A DNA stretch of 62,925 nucleotides, filler included, from Octopus bimaculoides (taxonomy: Eukaryota), in the NCBI RefSeq assembly GCF_001194135.2. It is 3 parts of 3 records of this genome, joined end to end, with 100 filler letters (N's around TTAATTAATTAA, not from the genome) between each part and the next. Parts side by side here need not be neighbours in the genome. Positions count along the whole stretch, not along the records: positions 1 to 30,499 come from NC_069000.1; positions 30,600 to 44,069 come from NC_068984.1; 1 more part is not named here. One strand, written 5' to 3'. Below the pieces are notes generated by a model that ran no database searches, was not told the origin of the DNA, and was given only the letters and a program-made list of their open reading frames with translations. This document shows, piece by piece, positions 28,813 through 40,809 of the stretch. Within the stretch, counting starts at the first letter, position 1, and each line of letters opens with the position of its first letter. The position numbers and the translations under genes are program-made.

Positions 28813-30461
28813 NNNNNNNNNNNNNNNNNNNNNNNNNNNNNNNNNNNNNNNNNNNNNNNNNNNNNNNNNNNNNNNNNNNNNNNNNNNNNNNNNNNNNNNN
28901 NNNNNNNNNNNNNNNNNNNNNNNNNNNNNNNNNNNNNNNNNNNNNNNNNNNNNNNNNNNNNNNNNNNNNNNNNNNNNNNNNNNNNNNNNNNNNNNNNNNN
29001 NNNNNNNNNNNNNNNNNNNNNNNNNNNNNNNNNNNNNNNNNNNNNNNNNNNNNNNNNNNNNNNNNNNNNNNNNNNNNNNNNNNNNNNNNNNNNNNNNNNN
29101 NNNNNNNNNNNNNNNNNNNNNNNNNNNNNNNNNNNNNNNNNNNNNNNNNNNNNNNNNNNNNNNNNNNNNNNNNNNNNNNNNNNNNNNNNNNNNNNNNNNN
29201 NNNNNNNNNNNNNNNNNNNNNNNNNNNNNNNNNNNNNNNNNNNNNNNNNNNNNAAAAGGAAAGGATAAAAGAAGAAAAAAAAATCACTGAGAATTTCAGA
29301 AATTTGGATAAGGTCTTTAAAATTCTTGAAGGACGTCAGAATAGAATGCAGGGTGTTAGAATGATGGGAAATGCCAAAGAACTTTCTAGATCTATCATTC
29401 TTCCCTAAAACTTAGCCATATACCTTCATGTAAACCTAGTCGAACCGGTTGAAACGTATGGCTATCACCATTAACTTTCTAATATACGTACGTTTATTTA
29501 TGCCATTCTGTGTATACGTTTGAGAATACGCGAGCGTATTTACTTGGGTTATATATTTGTATATGCTTACCTCTTCTCCGTGTTTATGTGTTGGGATGTA
29601 TTTATGAGCAAGTACAGCAACGGTGCGGCACATTCGATATTTTACTCCAGTTACCTTTTAATATTTTGCGTATGTTTGGCCGATTCAGCTTTTCCTGTTT
29701 GATAGTTCATGTCTCTTCTGGAACTCCTTGTGTTATGTATCAGTTTAAGTAGACGATTGATAATCACTTAACAAGAGCTATTCATATTTCACAGAAATTT
29801 CATTCCTTGCAATTTCGAGAGAAGTTTTAGGGATATGCGAACGAATATCCCTTTGTGGATAAAGTTTATTATATGAATCCGTTGTATTAGAATGTTACAA
29901 TTATTTTCACTTTCAATGTTGCATTTTCGTCTTTTATTTCCGCGCAAGCAATTATGGCTGTTGCTATAACTTAGATGAGCTTTGTTCAACTATTTGTGCA
30001 GCTATGCATCACGTAATACACGTGCCTGGGTAGTCAAAAGTTAAAAAGGCCACAGTTCAATAAAGTAAGCAAGTCATTAAATTATAGGAAATAGATTAGC
30101 GAAACTACAAGAACATCGACCCAGATGCCTGCTATAGTTGCTATAGCTCATTGCGTTTTGAGTTCAAATGTAGCTATGGAGCGCAGGGGTGGAGCCCTAA
30201 CAGCGTCAACCGGTTTAATATCAATTCACTGCACATGTGGTGATTTCAATGGAATTCATTCTCTTTCAGGCATTCGCACCTTTCCAGGTTGAAATTTCTT
30301 TTCTCCCTTCCTTCGCGTCGCTTCTCATAGAGGCCTGTTCATAGACCAGGGGCAAAGAATTTGCCTTTCTCTGCCCGTATATCCTTATGATACGTGCGCA
30401 TTTGTATGTGGGTATACAAATACATACATGCACGTACAGCAATATATGTATATAAATATAT

Positions 30462-30499
<38 letters not shown>

Positions 30500-30599
30500 N
30501 NNNNNNNNNNNNNNNNNNNNNNNNNNNNNNNNNNNNNNNNNNNTTAATTAATTAANNNNNNNNNNNNNNNNNNNNNNNNNNNNNNNNNNNNNNNNNNNN
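30500..30599. other. Artificial scaffold-join spacer
   Basis: Exactly 44 N + TTAATTAATTAA (stops in all six frames) + 44 N = 100 nt. Confidence 0.95.
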
Positions 30600-30690
30600 G
30601 GTAATGAGTCAGTCTCCATGGCCGTATTTGTTCTTTAGTCGAGGTTCACCAGTTATAAGTTGGTAATCCATAGTTCATGCTGCGTTTTTT

Positions 30691-31020
30691 CTTCGTCGGG
30701 GGTCACCACTTTAGTAGAAAGTGGGTTATACATCTTTAGATTGTATACCTGACTTTCTACTATAAAATTAAAGAAACTGACAGAACACTGAACTCAAGAC
30801 TAAACAACTTAAACAACATTTATTTACTTGGTAAAACATACATATCTTTAGTTATACATCTTTAGAGGTGAGAATAACGAGCTGTCGAGTATAAGACCGA
30901 AAGATGTAGAGACAGCTTTAAACACACGTCCTTGCTCAATCGCTGGCCAGCAAGAAAGAGAATGAATTGAGTGGGAAATGCTTGCTTGTTTAATCCTACG
31001 CATGCGCAGGCGTTACTACA
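30691..31020 (-). mobile_element. Gypsy-type LTR (30710-31020) followed by a primer-binding site (30691-30708)
   Basis: The minus strand starts TGTAGTAAC at 31020 and ends CTACTAAA (TACTACA with one change). After a 1-nt spacer comes TGGTGACCCCCGACG, a typical Gypsy PBS form. Confidence 0.6.
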
Positions 31021-31129
31021 CAATAATGAAAATAATAAAAATGTATACCTCATAAAATGTCAAGCTATAGAAACAACATCACAGTTCAAATGTAATAAAT
31101 GTTTGTTAAATTCTTGGGCCAATGCACAG

Positions 31130-32760
31130 GTCTAGCACTTTTGGTAGTCAGAGTTTGTGAAGTGTGTAAAGGACGCGTTTGTAATGCTGTGTGTATGTTG
31201 TCTGTAGTGGGGTTGGAAATAGTTTTTTTCCATATGAGCCCTTTTTAGTCTATCAACAGAAATATTGACTTTACGACCGTTAAGGTCTAAGGTGAAAACT
31301 TTATCTGTACAAGAAAGCACATGAAATGGCCCTGAATACAGGGGCTGTTAAAGGATGTTTAACGGCATCGTTATGAACAAAACCATGAGTCCAGGAAGAA
31401 TAGTCCTTAGGCAAATATGTTTTAATGTCTTGTTTTCTGGTGTTCATATGTGATAACTTTGACATATAATCACGCAAGCGTTCAACAAAATTTGTAGTAT
31501 CAATATCTTGCATGTTTGCAGGAACAATTATCTGACCAGGCAGCATCAAGGAAGAACCATAAAGTAATTCTGCAGGAGAATATCCAATATCTTCTTTGAT
31601 AGAGGAGCGGAGACCCAAGAGAACAATAGGAAGAAATTCAATTGATTGAAATGAATCAGAAGCACACAATGCAGCTTTAAGCTGTCGGTGAAATCTTTCG
31701 ATCATATCGTTCGAAGCTGGGTGGTAACTAATGGAATGGATGTGTTTACTTCCTAAAATCTTGGTTAGTTCCTGGAAAAGCTTAGCTTCAAATTGACGTC
31801 CGCAATCTGTTGTTATTTTTACAGGTGTTCTGAAATGAGAGATCCATCCTGTGACTAAAGCTTGTGCCACAGTTAGAGAAGAGATGTCTGTGAGTGGAGT
31901 GACTTCTGGCCAGTGGGAAAAATGATAAATACAGGTTAATAAAAACATGTAGCCCTGACTCACAGGTCAAGGTCCTACTATATCAACATGTATGTGCTGG
32001 AATCGTGCATCTGGAGTGGATAAAGTACCCAATGGTGCACGGATATATTTATATACCTTCGATCTTTGACAATCGACACAGGTACGAGTCCAATTAGTTA
32101 TGTTTCGACGCATGTTCGGCCAAACAAAACGAGCTGAAATAAGCTTCAATGTTGCTGTTATACCAGGATGTGAAATATTGTGTAGTGCTGAGAAAACGAT
32201 ATGGCAATGCTTTTCAGGAACTAAAGGGCGAGGTTTACTAGAAGAAAAATTGCAAAGGATCTGGTTGTTGTATATTATTCAAATCAACAGATGGCTGATC
32301 TTCCGACGTTTCATCCAAGTTAATTTCTGCAGTTGAAAATAACGTGTTAACTGGTAAATGGGATAAAGAATCAGCAACAATGTTCTCAGAACCTGGAATA
32401 TATCATATATCACTTGTGAATTGTGAAATGTAATCCAAATGTTGAATGTCTCTTGGAGAAAATTTATCTGGCTTGCAGTGCAAAGCGAATGATAACGGCT
32501 TATGGTCTGTAAATATAGTGAAGTTTCTCCCTTCCAAAATGTGTTGGAAGTGTTTAACTGAGAGGTAAATAGCTAACAGTTTATAACTGAATGTGCTATA
32601 TTTAGTTTCAGCTGGTTTTAAGTGATTAGAGAAAAACGCCAGAGGTTGCCATTCACCATGGTGGAGTTGTTGAATGACTGCATCAACACCAATTTCAGAT
32701 GTGTCAACTACAAGAGAAATTTTGGCATCAAGAATGGGGTGAGCTAACATGGAGACACAA
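31130..32760 (-). mobile_element. Ty3/Gypsy LTR retrotransposon pol remnant (RNase H, integrase zinc finger, integrase core), frameshifted
   Basis: RNase H LVVDTSEIG...WQPLAFFS..LKPAETKYSTF..KLLAIY..VKHF..ILEGRNFTIFTDHKPL (32403-32750). Integrase RFVWPNM...WTRTCVDCQRSK, HIHVDIVGP, ITTDCGRQFE, YHPASNDMIERFHRQLK (31301-32149). RNase H precedes integrase, as in Gypsy. Confidence 0.95.
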
Positions 32761-33626
32761 GAGAGTTTCTTATAATCTTATAATCACATCTACTAGATGT
32801 TAAACAACTATGAATAGGAGAGAACAAGGAGAAGGGGATATCATATCAGTGGGTGAAAGGGGAAGGGAAGAAAGGCTGAGTATGCCACATATTTTCAGTT
32901 AGGGCTAAACCATTGAACTATAATGAGGGGAGAGATAAGAAAGACTTTAATTTGATCAAAAAAGCTGACAATATTAAACTTCTAATGTTAACAATATACT
33001 TCATGTCATTTATAATATTTTTGGTAAATGCAACATAACATTAATTTGGATATCTTTTATTTCAGATCTAGAAAGAAAATATAGGTAAAATATAGTAAGA
33101 GTGTTCAGTGAAATCAATTCTGCATTAAAAGGATGGTTGTTGCTTTTTACAAAGAATTTTGATTTTTTGCAGCGATAGGACACTGATTTTTGTTAAAAGT
33201 GATATATGCGAATTACTGCACAGTGATAAGATGCTGACTTTTTAAAATTGATACTCAAGTGCTTTTTAAGTGATATATACAAATGAAGTAAGGTGGTGAA
33301 GCAAAGAAATATTTCTTATAAGTAAAACACTTTCAGATATTAAAGACAGTCAACTGCTTATAAGCGAAGAAATTCTGCAAAATCACATGACGACAAACAA
33401 TCCTAAAATGCTAGGGAACCACATTGTTTGCTGTGGTGTAACACATGATCAGTAACTGAAATGTAATAATGGCTGTTGTTTGTTGAATAATAATGTTTCA
33501 ATACCTAGCAAAGTGGGAATACCAGCTATCAGAATAAATCATGTGCAGGAGAAAGTTTTAGCTTCAATTGTCAAGTGATGATGGGTGGGAGTCAACACAC
33601 ACCACACACATAAATATATATATGTA

Positions 33627-33817
33627 TTAAAGTCAGATAAGGCCAGTTTATGGGATTACCTTAGGTTTTATGTCCATAAAGGGCTTAACTTTATGGCGTA
33701 TCATCAGATCCAAAAACTTGTTGGCTTAAGGCTTCTCTGATGATATGCTGTAAAGCTAAGCCCTTTATGGGTGTGAAACCTAAGGTAATCCCAAAAATTG
33801 GCCTTATCTAACTTTGA
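33627..33817. mobile_element. Fold-back MITE: 82-bp inverted arms, 27-bp spacer, flanked by TA
   Basis: 33627-33708 is the reverse complement of 33736-33817 at 70 of 82 positions; TA dinucleotides at 33625-33626 and 33818-33819 (Tc1/mariner-type TSD). Confidence 0.8.
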
Positions 33818-33875
33818 TATATACTGCTCTATAACTTAGAGTGTACTTCTTTTTTCGGATTTATGTTTTTACAGG

Positions 33876-33954
<79 letters not shown>

Positions 33955-35703
33955 TATTTATATATTTACAGAATAGATTTACATGGAGTACAAAAAAAAA
34001 TGGGAAACCAGGATAAGAGGACATGGTGTTTCAGGTCCAACAGCTGTTTTGTGGGGCTCATAATTACGTAATAGTTGTAATGTTGGCAGATGGAGTGTGC
34101 AGAAAGTCAAGGATATGCAACCAGTAGTGGATACATATAAACAGTACCATAAATCTAACCTCTGTCTTCAGGGTAGAGATCTAACGTTTTGGATTATAAT
34201 ACAGGGAATTTAAGGGTTGGAAGGATGATGAAAAAGGCAAATAGAAGTAGGTGGTTTGGGAGGCAGGTGGGGAATGTTGAAGCAGAAGAAGAGTTAGAAG
34301 AGGCAGAGCAGGGAGGTGGAGGGGTGGGATGAGTAGCATTGTGAAGAGTGGTGTCCTTGTTGGGTGTTTTGGCAACAGGTGTTGTTAATCAGATGGTGAA
34401 GGCTATAGAACTGAGTAAGGGAAATAGGTATGATGAGGGAAGGGAAGGGATTTAGTTATAGATGCCAGCAGGGAGTTAAAGGGGAAATTTGAGGTAGAAA
34501 GTTATAAGGGTAAATAGTAAATAGAGAGGTGGAGAGATAGGTTGGTAACAATGGCAAGGGGTAGGTAGTGCTAAATGGTTCTGGTTGAGGATGAAGCTAG
34601 GAGAGGGTTGAGAAGGAATTCAAAGTATGAGGGTGTGGTGGTGGTATAGGATGTGCTAGGTAGGAGAATGTGTGAAAGGAATGGATAGATATAGAAGAGA
34701 GGTTAAATAGAAGAAATATCTTGCTAACATGGTTAAGCTGTAATTTAAAGTTGTATTGTAATTAAGGGAATTATATAGACTGTGTGTAATGGATGAACTA
34801 TGAATAAAATTTGTGTTTACACAAAAGGATTACATCTGATAATCTGTTGAATAATCCTTTCATATAAACACAAATTGTATTCATCGTTTTCCCACTATGC
34901 AAAGTCCATATAACTCCCCTAATCAAACAATAGGTTCTCTAAGCACAAAATTTATTCCACATTTTCCCATTATGTAAAGTCTTTATTGATTTCTCCTTAT
35001 TGTGGTTAAGCTCCTATTGCATAGCCAAACTAGCAGCATTTACTTTATCCTTTCTCCTGGTGCTATTTTCTTGTTATCTCAACATACCTTCCACCTCTGC
35101 TACCCTACCCCTACTATTCTCCTTCATTGCTTATCTCTTCTAGTCTCTTTGTCTAGTTAGTTGCCATCCCTGACTGACACCACACTGACTTTTCTTTTAC
35201 CCCCTCCTCTCTCACTGTTTCTTCTGTTTAACTTCTGGTCAGTCCCCACTATGTCATAGAATTTCTTTTTCTTCTACCTGCCTTTCATTTCGTCTTTTCT
35301 ACACCTATTCGCCCCTTCCTACATGATGGATATCCTCCTCTCTTTCCCTGCTTTTTTTCCTTATTCTGCTTCCTCTCTCCCTTCAACCATTTAACTTTTT
35401 GGCACTGCTATATGAACTGCATTTTCCACCTTTTCTTGACAAGGGAAGGGGTGGGGCAAACTTATAATATCTCCATGTGACTGTTTACTGGTTGCATACC
35501 CAAGACATTTTGTGTATTCCATCTGAAAATTATGACTATTTCAATTATTATGTAGCTTCAAGCTTCCTGAAACAGCTGTCAAGTTAAGAAATTATGTACT
35601 TTCTTCATAGTATTCTGTATATTTTATACTCTATGTAAATGTATGCATGTGTGTGTGTGTATTTCTTAATATACATAGAATTAAGTGTCTGTGTGTGCAT
35701 GCA

Positions 35704-35743
<40 letters not shown>

Positions 35744-35755
35744 GTATGTAATATA

Positions 35756-35843
<88 letters not shown>

Positions 35844-35939
35844 GTATATAATATATATTTATATACACACACACATAGATATCTACATACACATATATGT
35901 ATATTTAGAAAGTAGCACTTTATTGATCTTGTGATTTAA

Positions 35940-38470
35940 AACCTATAATATACCCCTTAGTTTAATATCAGTGTATAGTTAGCATGTCCTACAACATCAA
36001 TATTCCTTTAGTTAATACAGGATATCAGTCATAGATATAAGCTAAATAAGTAAATTAGCAACTTTTAGTTTTAAATACTTGAATTATTATACATTTTCTA
36101 TAGATCTTCTCTATTGATGTTACTAAGTTGTATATATACTTCATCATGGTTTTAGTGATTAAGCTATTTTATATCCTTTTCTATGGTGTTCTACCCTACC
36201 TGAAAATTTTAATACATTTTAATACTTTATAATTGCCTTTAGATAAACCTAAATTTTTGTACCCCTATAAATTATATAAAACAATATGGGTATCTTCACA
36301 GCTTAAAATTAAACTGCTTAGATTATAATTTAATTAATTTATAGTAAATTTCTTCTTTCGCCTCAATGCTAAATCTTCTTGATAACCCTAAATTTTAACT
36401 TTATACATATGGCTATATTGTTTAAAATAGTTTTAGTAATTATTTATCCCTTTCTTAAAGTGTTCCATCCTCCTGATCTTAATATTTATATTGGCCTTTA
36501 TATAAGTAGCCCTTCTAATTAAGTACCCCTAAGAAACTGTAATATCATGTATGGATTAACACTAATAACTTTTAAAACCTATATTATACTTCTTAATTTA
36601 AAATTAGTATATAATTAGCATGTCCTTTTAACATCAGTATTCTTTTAACTAAAACCAGGTATCAGTCTTGACTAAAATAGGCTAAATAAGTTAATAAACA
36701 ACTTTTAGTTCATAATACTTAAATTATTATACATTTTCTGTAAATCTTCTCTATTGAAGTTAATAAGGTATACTCTTTACTCTTTTACTTGTTTCAGTCT
36801 TTTTGACTGTGGCCATGCTGGAGCACTGCCTTTAGTCGAGCAAATCGACCCCAGGACTTATTCTTTAGAAGCCTAGTACTTATTCTATTGATCTCTTTTG
36901 CCGAACTGCTAAGTTACGGGGACATAAACACACCAGCATCGGTTGTCAAGCGATGTTGGGGGGGACAAACACACACATACAAACATATACACACACATAC
37001 ATACACATATATACATATATACGACAGGCTTCTTTCAGTTTCCGTCTACCAAATCCACTCACAAGGCTTTGGTCGGCCCGAGGCTATAGTAGAAGACACT
37101 TGCCCAAGATGCCACGTAGTGGGACTGAACCCGGGACCATGTGGTTGGTAAGCTAGCTACTTACCACACAGCCACTCCTATTCCTTTTTCTTTGGTACTT
37201 TACCCTACCTGATGATTTTATTATTTTATAATATAGCCTTTAATAAATCTAATTTTTGTACCCCTATTAATTCATACTTAGCTTATATAAGAAACTACCA
37301 GTATCTCCACAACTTAAAATAATTCAATTTAATTAAATTGATATATAGTTAACATGTTCTTTAGCCTCAGTGCCAATAAATTCCAGTTGATCAATCTCCA
37401 TAGATACCATCTAATAAGTTAATATTTAGATAAATATTAAACTATTTCTATGTAATTTTAGAGGGGAAAAAACCCTCTATTGTGGTAAAATTTGGTATAT
37501 ACTCAAAAGTATTCAAAAAAGTTTTATCCTTTTGTTATAACATCATTCTTAATAATCTTCTTGACTACCCTAAATTTTAACTTTATACAATATGACAATA
37601 TTGTTTGAAATGATCTTTAGAAATTACTTCAATTATCCCTTTCTTAAAGTGCTCTACCCTCCTGATCTTAGTATTTATAAGGGCCTTTATATAAGTAACC
37701 CTTCTAATTAAGTACCCCTAAGAAACTATAAATATCATGTATGGAGTAACAATAATAATTTCAAAAACCTATAATATAATCCTTAGTTTTAAAAATTAGT
37801 TTTAAAAATTAGAACGTCCTATAACATCAATATTCCTTTAGCTAATACCAGGTATCAGTTTTTATTGATACTAGCTAAATAAGTAAATATATAATTTTTA
37901 GTTTAGTATACTTTTCTATAAATCTTCTCTACTGATGTTAATAAGATATATATACTTTATCATGTTTTTAGTGATTAAGCTATTTTATTCCTTTTCTATG
38001 GTGTTCTGCCCTACCTGATTATTTTATTTTTTTATTATTTTATAATAGCCTTTATTTATTTATAAAATAAATCTAATTTTTGTATCTCTATAAATTCATG
38101 CTTAGCTTATATAAAACAATACTGGTATATTCACTACTTAAAATAAACTGCTTAGATTATAATTTAATTAATATATAGTTAGCATGTTCTTTTACCTCAG
38201 TACTCCTTTATTAAATACCAGTATATACCAATTGATCAATATTCACAGATACCATCTGATAAGTTAGTATTTAAGTATATAATATGTATAAATATTAAAC
38301 TATTTCTAGATAATTTCTTTTCCTCCATCTATTGTGGTAAAAGTTTGGTATATACTCAGAAATATTCAAAAACTTTTTATACTTTTGTTATAATATTCTT
38401 CTTAATAATCTTCTGAACAACCCTAAACTTTAACTTTATACAATATGGCAATATTGTTAAAAATATTTAG
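35940..38470. repeat. AT-rich degenerate tandem repeat, about 3.5 units of ~630-790 bp
   Basis: AGCATGTCCT..AACATCA.TATTC...GCTAAATAAGT...ATCTTCTCTA.TGA.GTTA recurs at ~35985, ~36620 and ~37810; CCCTAAA.TTTAACTTTATACA recurs at ~36385, ~37568 and ~38420. Confidence 0.75.
36771..37180 (-). mobile_element. Full-length tRNA-derived SINE, family A (410 bp)
   Basis: The minus strand starts TAGGAGTGGCTGTGTGG (A box) with GGTTCAGTCC (B box), has a central CA/TA microsatellite and ends in a (TAAAAGAG)-type tail; multiple copies in the window. Confidence 0.92.
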
Positions 38471-40239
38471 CTATAGTACTACATGATAAGATTTCCCGTT
38501 TCATTATCAGTGGTCTGCTAGTGACCGGCCCCCTTAATTGTCAGCTAACATCTTGATTTAAGTTTTCCTTTACCAAATCTCATGATATTACTTCTAATAA
38601 ATCTTGATAGTTTTTTATGACTATAACCACTATGATTTCTGTCGACTCCATCAGCCCTATTCCTAACAGACACTGCTCCTTGTTAAAACTAGTCTATCAA
38701 TTAAAACTGACCCCATAAAACAGTGACAAGCAAAATCTGTAACAAGTCTTTCTTCCTGATACCTTAGTAGCTTCTAAGCTGAAGTGAAGGCAGCATGTTC
38801 TTTGTCTATCACCTTACCTTGGAGATTTTAAGTAAAATTATACTAATGTGTCCATCTGTTTTAATTTAATTAAATTCTATGTCTTTATGTAGCTGAGGAT
38901 TGCTCTACATTTAAATTGATGTAATGGTTGCATTGTTCAATTAAATGGAGTTGCTTGAAACAATCATACTGCATTACCTCTGGATATCCTTGTTGCTTAT
39001 TTTGATTTTAATCACTTTATTTTGAAACAGTATGGATAATACCGTACTAAATTCTGGTGACTCAACTTAAGTACCATATTCATCTGATCTAAATTTTTAC
39101 GCATGTATATATGTATATGAAACGTTATATAACATAAAAATGGAAAAAAAAAACAAGCTTTATTGCATATTACAACAGTTGTTCTGCACCTGACACCAAC
39201 TATAAGTCACTGAGTTTTTCTCCATATATCATTACATAAAATTAATCTATAGAATGATTATATGAATAAATATGTTTCAGTAACAGCTATGTGTCAGTTC
39301 TTTGTCAAGTAGACTGCTCTTAAGCAATACTGGACTCCTTTGAGTTTCGTCTCTTTTGTATAATGCATATAATCCCTATCTTTCTTTATCAAGCAGTTCA
39401 TAGATACAATGCCACATATATATTTTTATAGCAAGACCAAAAATAAAAAGGAAAGAATATGATAATGATATTGCCAATAATGATGATAATAAAATAAGAT
39501 AAAAGCGACATTAATAATGGTGATAATAAAAATAATAATGATGATAATAATAATAATAATATCTCCATGTGACTGTTTACTAATTACATACCCAAGACTT
39601 TTTGCATGTTCCATCTGAAAATTATGACTACCACAATTATTATATATTAGGGGTGAAGGATCTATGTGTGGAATGCATGCACTGCATGCCTTACTATTTT
39701 TTCAGGATAAATACTTTTTGTGTAATATAAAATTAATTATTGATAATTTTCACTATCCTCATATTCCCCCCCCCCCATTCTTTTGTTTCTTAATATGAAT
39801 TACAATAGTGGTTTTATTTAAGTAGAGAACGCTCCTGTTTGCTCAGTGAGAAAAGAAGGAAAATCAGAGAATTAATTGCTTTCCTGTTCTTTTTGAAAGT
39901 ATCATGAAGAAAGAGAAATCCAAAGAGAAGCAGTTTTTTCTCTGCCTGCTTTCAGTCATTGTAAGAGAGTTCTTATTCTCTTTGAGAAGGGAGCATTAAA
40001 AAGATAGACAAAACATATGACTAGAGGGGCAAAGACAGAGTAAAGCAATTAGTCACTGCTTGTTTTCTTGTCAGCAGACAGGCTGTCAACATATTTTACT
40101 CCCAAAGTGCTGTTTTTACTGCCCTGTACTGCTGAGATCAAAGACATGCCTTTTCAAAGGACTTAAAGCTGTCCTCCTTGCCAGACAGATTTAGACAAGT
40201 AGTGTTTAATCCATTTATAAGTTTGTTTTATTGCTGATT

Positions 40240-40610
40240 TCATATGATTATTCAGTACTGACTGTAGTCATACTAGGACACTACCTTGAAGAATTTTTAG
40301 TCAAACAAATCAACCCCAGTACTTTTTAAAAACCTGGTACTTGTTCTGTCAATTTCTCATGCTGAACCATTAACTTACCGGAGCATAAACATGCTAAGAT
40401 CATTGTCAGATGGTGGTGGTGGTGGGGGGGGACAGACACACACACACAGATATATACCCAATGAGCTTCTTACAGTTTCTATCTACCAAATCCACTCACA
40501 AGGCTTTGGTTGGCCCAAGGCTACAGTAGAAGGCCAAGGTACCATGCAGTCACATTGAACATGGACCCATTTGATTGGGAAGCAAACTTCTTACCACACA
40601 GCCATGCCTG
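40240..40610 (-). mobile_element. tRNA-SINE family A, old CpG-decayed copy
   Basis: CTACCAAATCCACTCACAAGGCTTTGGTTGGCCCAAGG...CTTACCACACAGCCATGCC; consensus CG sites appear as TG/CA. Confidence 0.8.
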
Positions 40611-40809
40611 CTTTTTAAAAAAATTTAACCCATGGAGAGTATTTTTGATCTCTTCTTAAGGGCCAAATTCAGTCATGTGACTTCAGAGGTTTCTTATCAA
40701 TTGTGATTTGCACAATTTGAATACAGCTTTGACAAAACATTGCTATTGAAAACATTAGCTGAAAACAAATTGATACAGCACCAGTTCTATAATTGATCAG
40801 TCAAAAAAA

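Noticed and set aside
29412-29466. TAGCCA...AACC/GGTT-GAAACGTA-TGGCTA hammerhead-like fold
   Set aside because: Stems I and II and GAAACGUA are present, but the CUGANGA core is unrecognisable; at best a heavily decayed relic.
30544-30555. TTAATTAATTAA palindrome as a biological motif
   Set aside because: It is centred in exactly 100-nt N spacers twice, so it is a synthetic linker.
36771-37180. A and B boxes as a tRNA gene
   Set aside because: No cloverleaf or acceptor stem; it is the head of a multicopy SINE.
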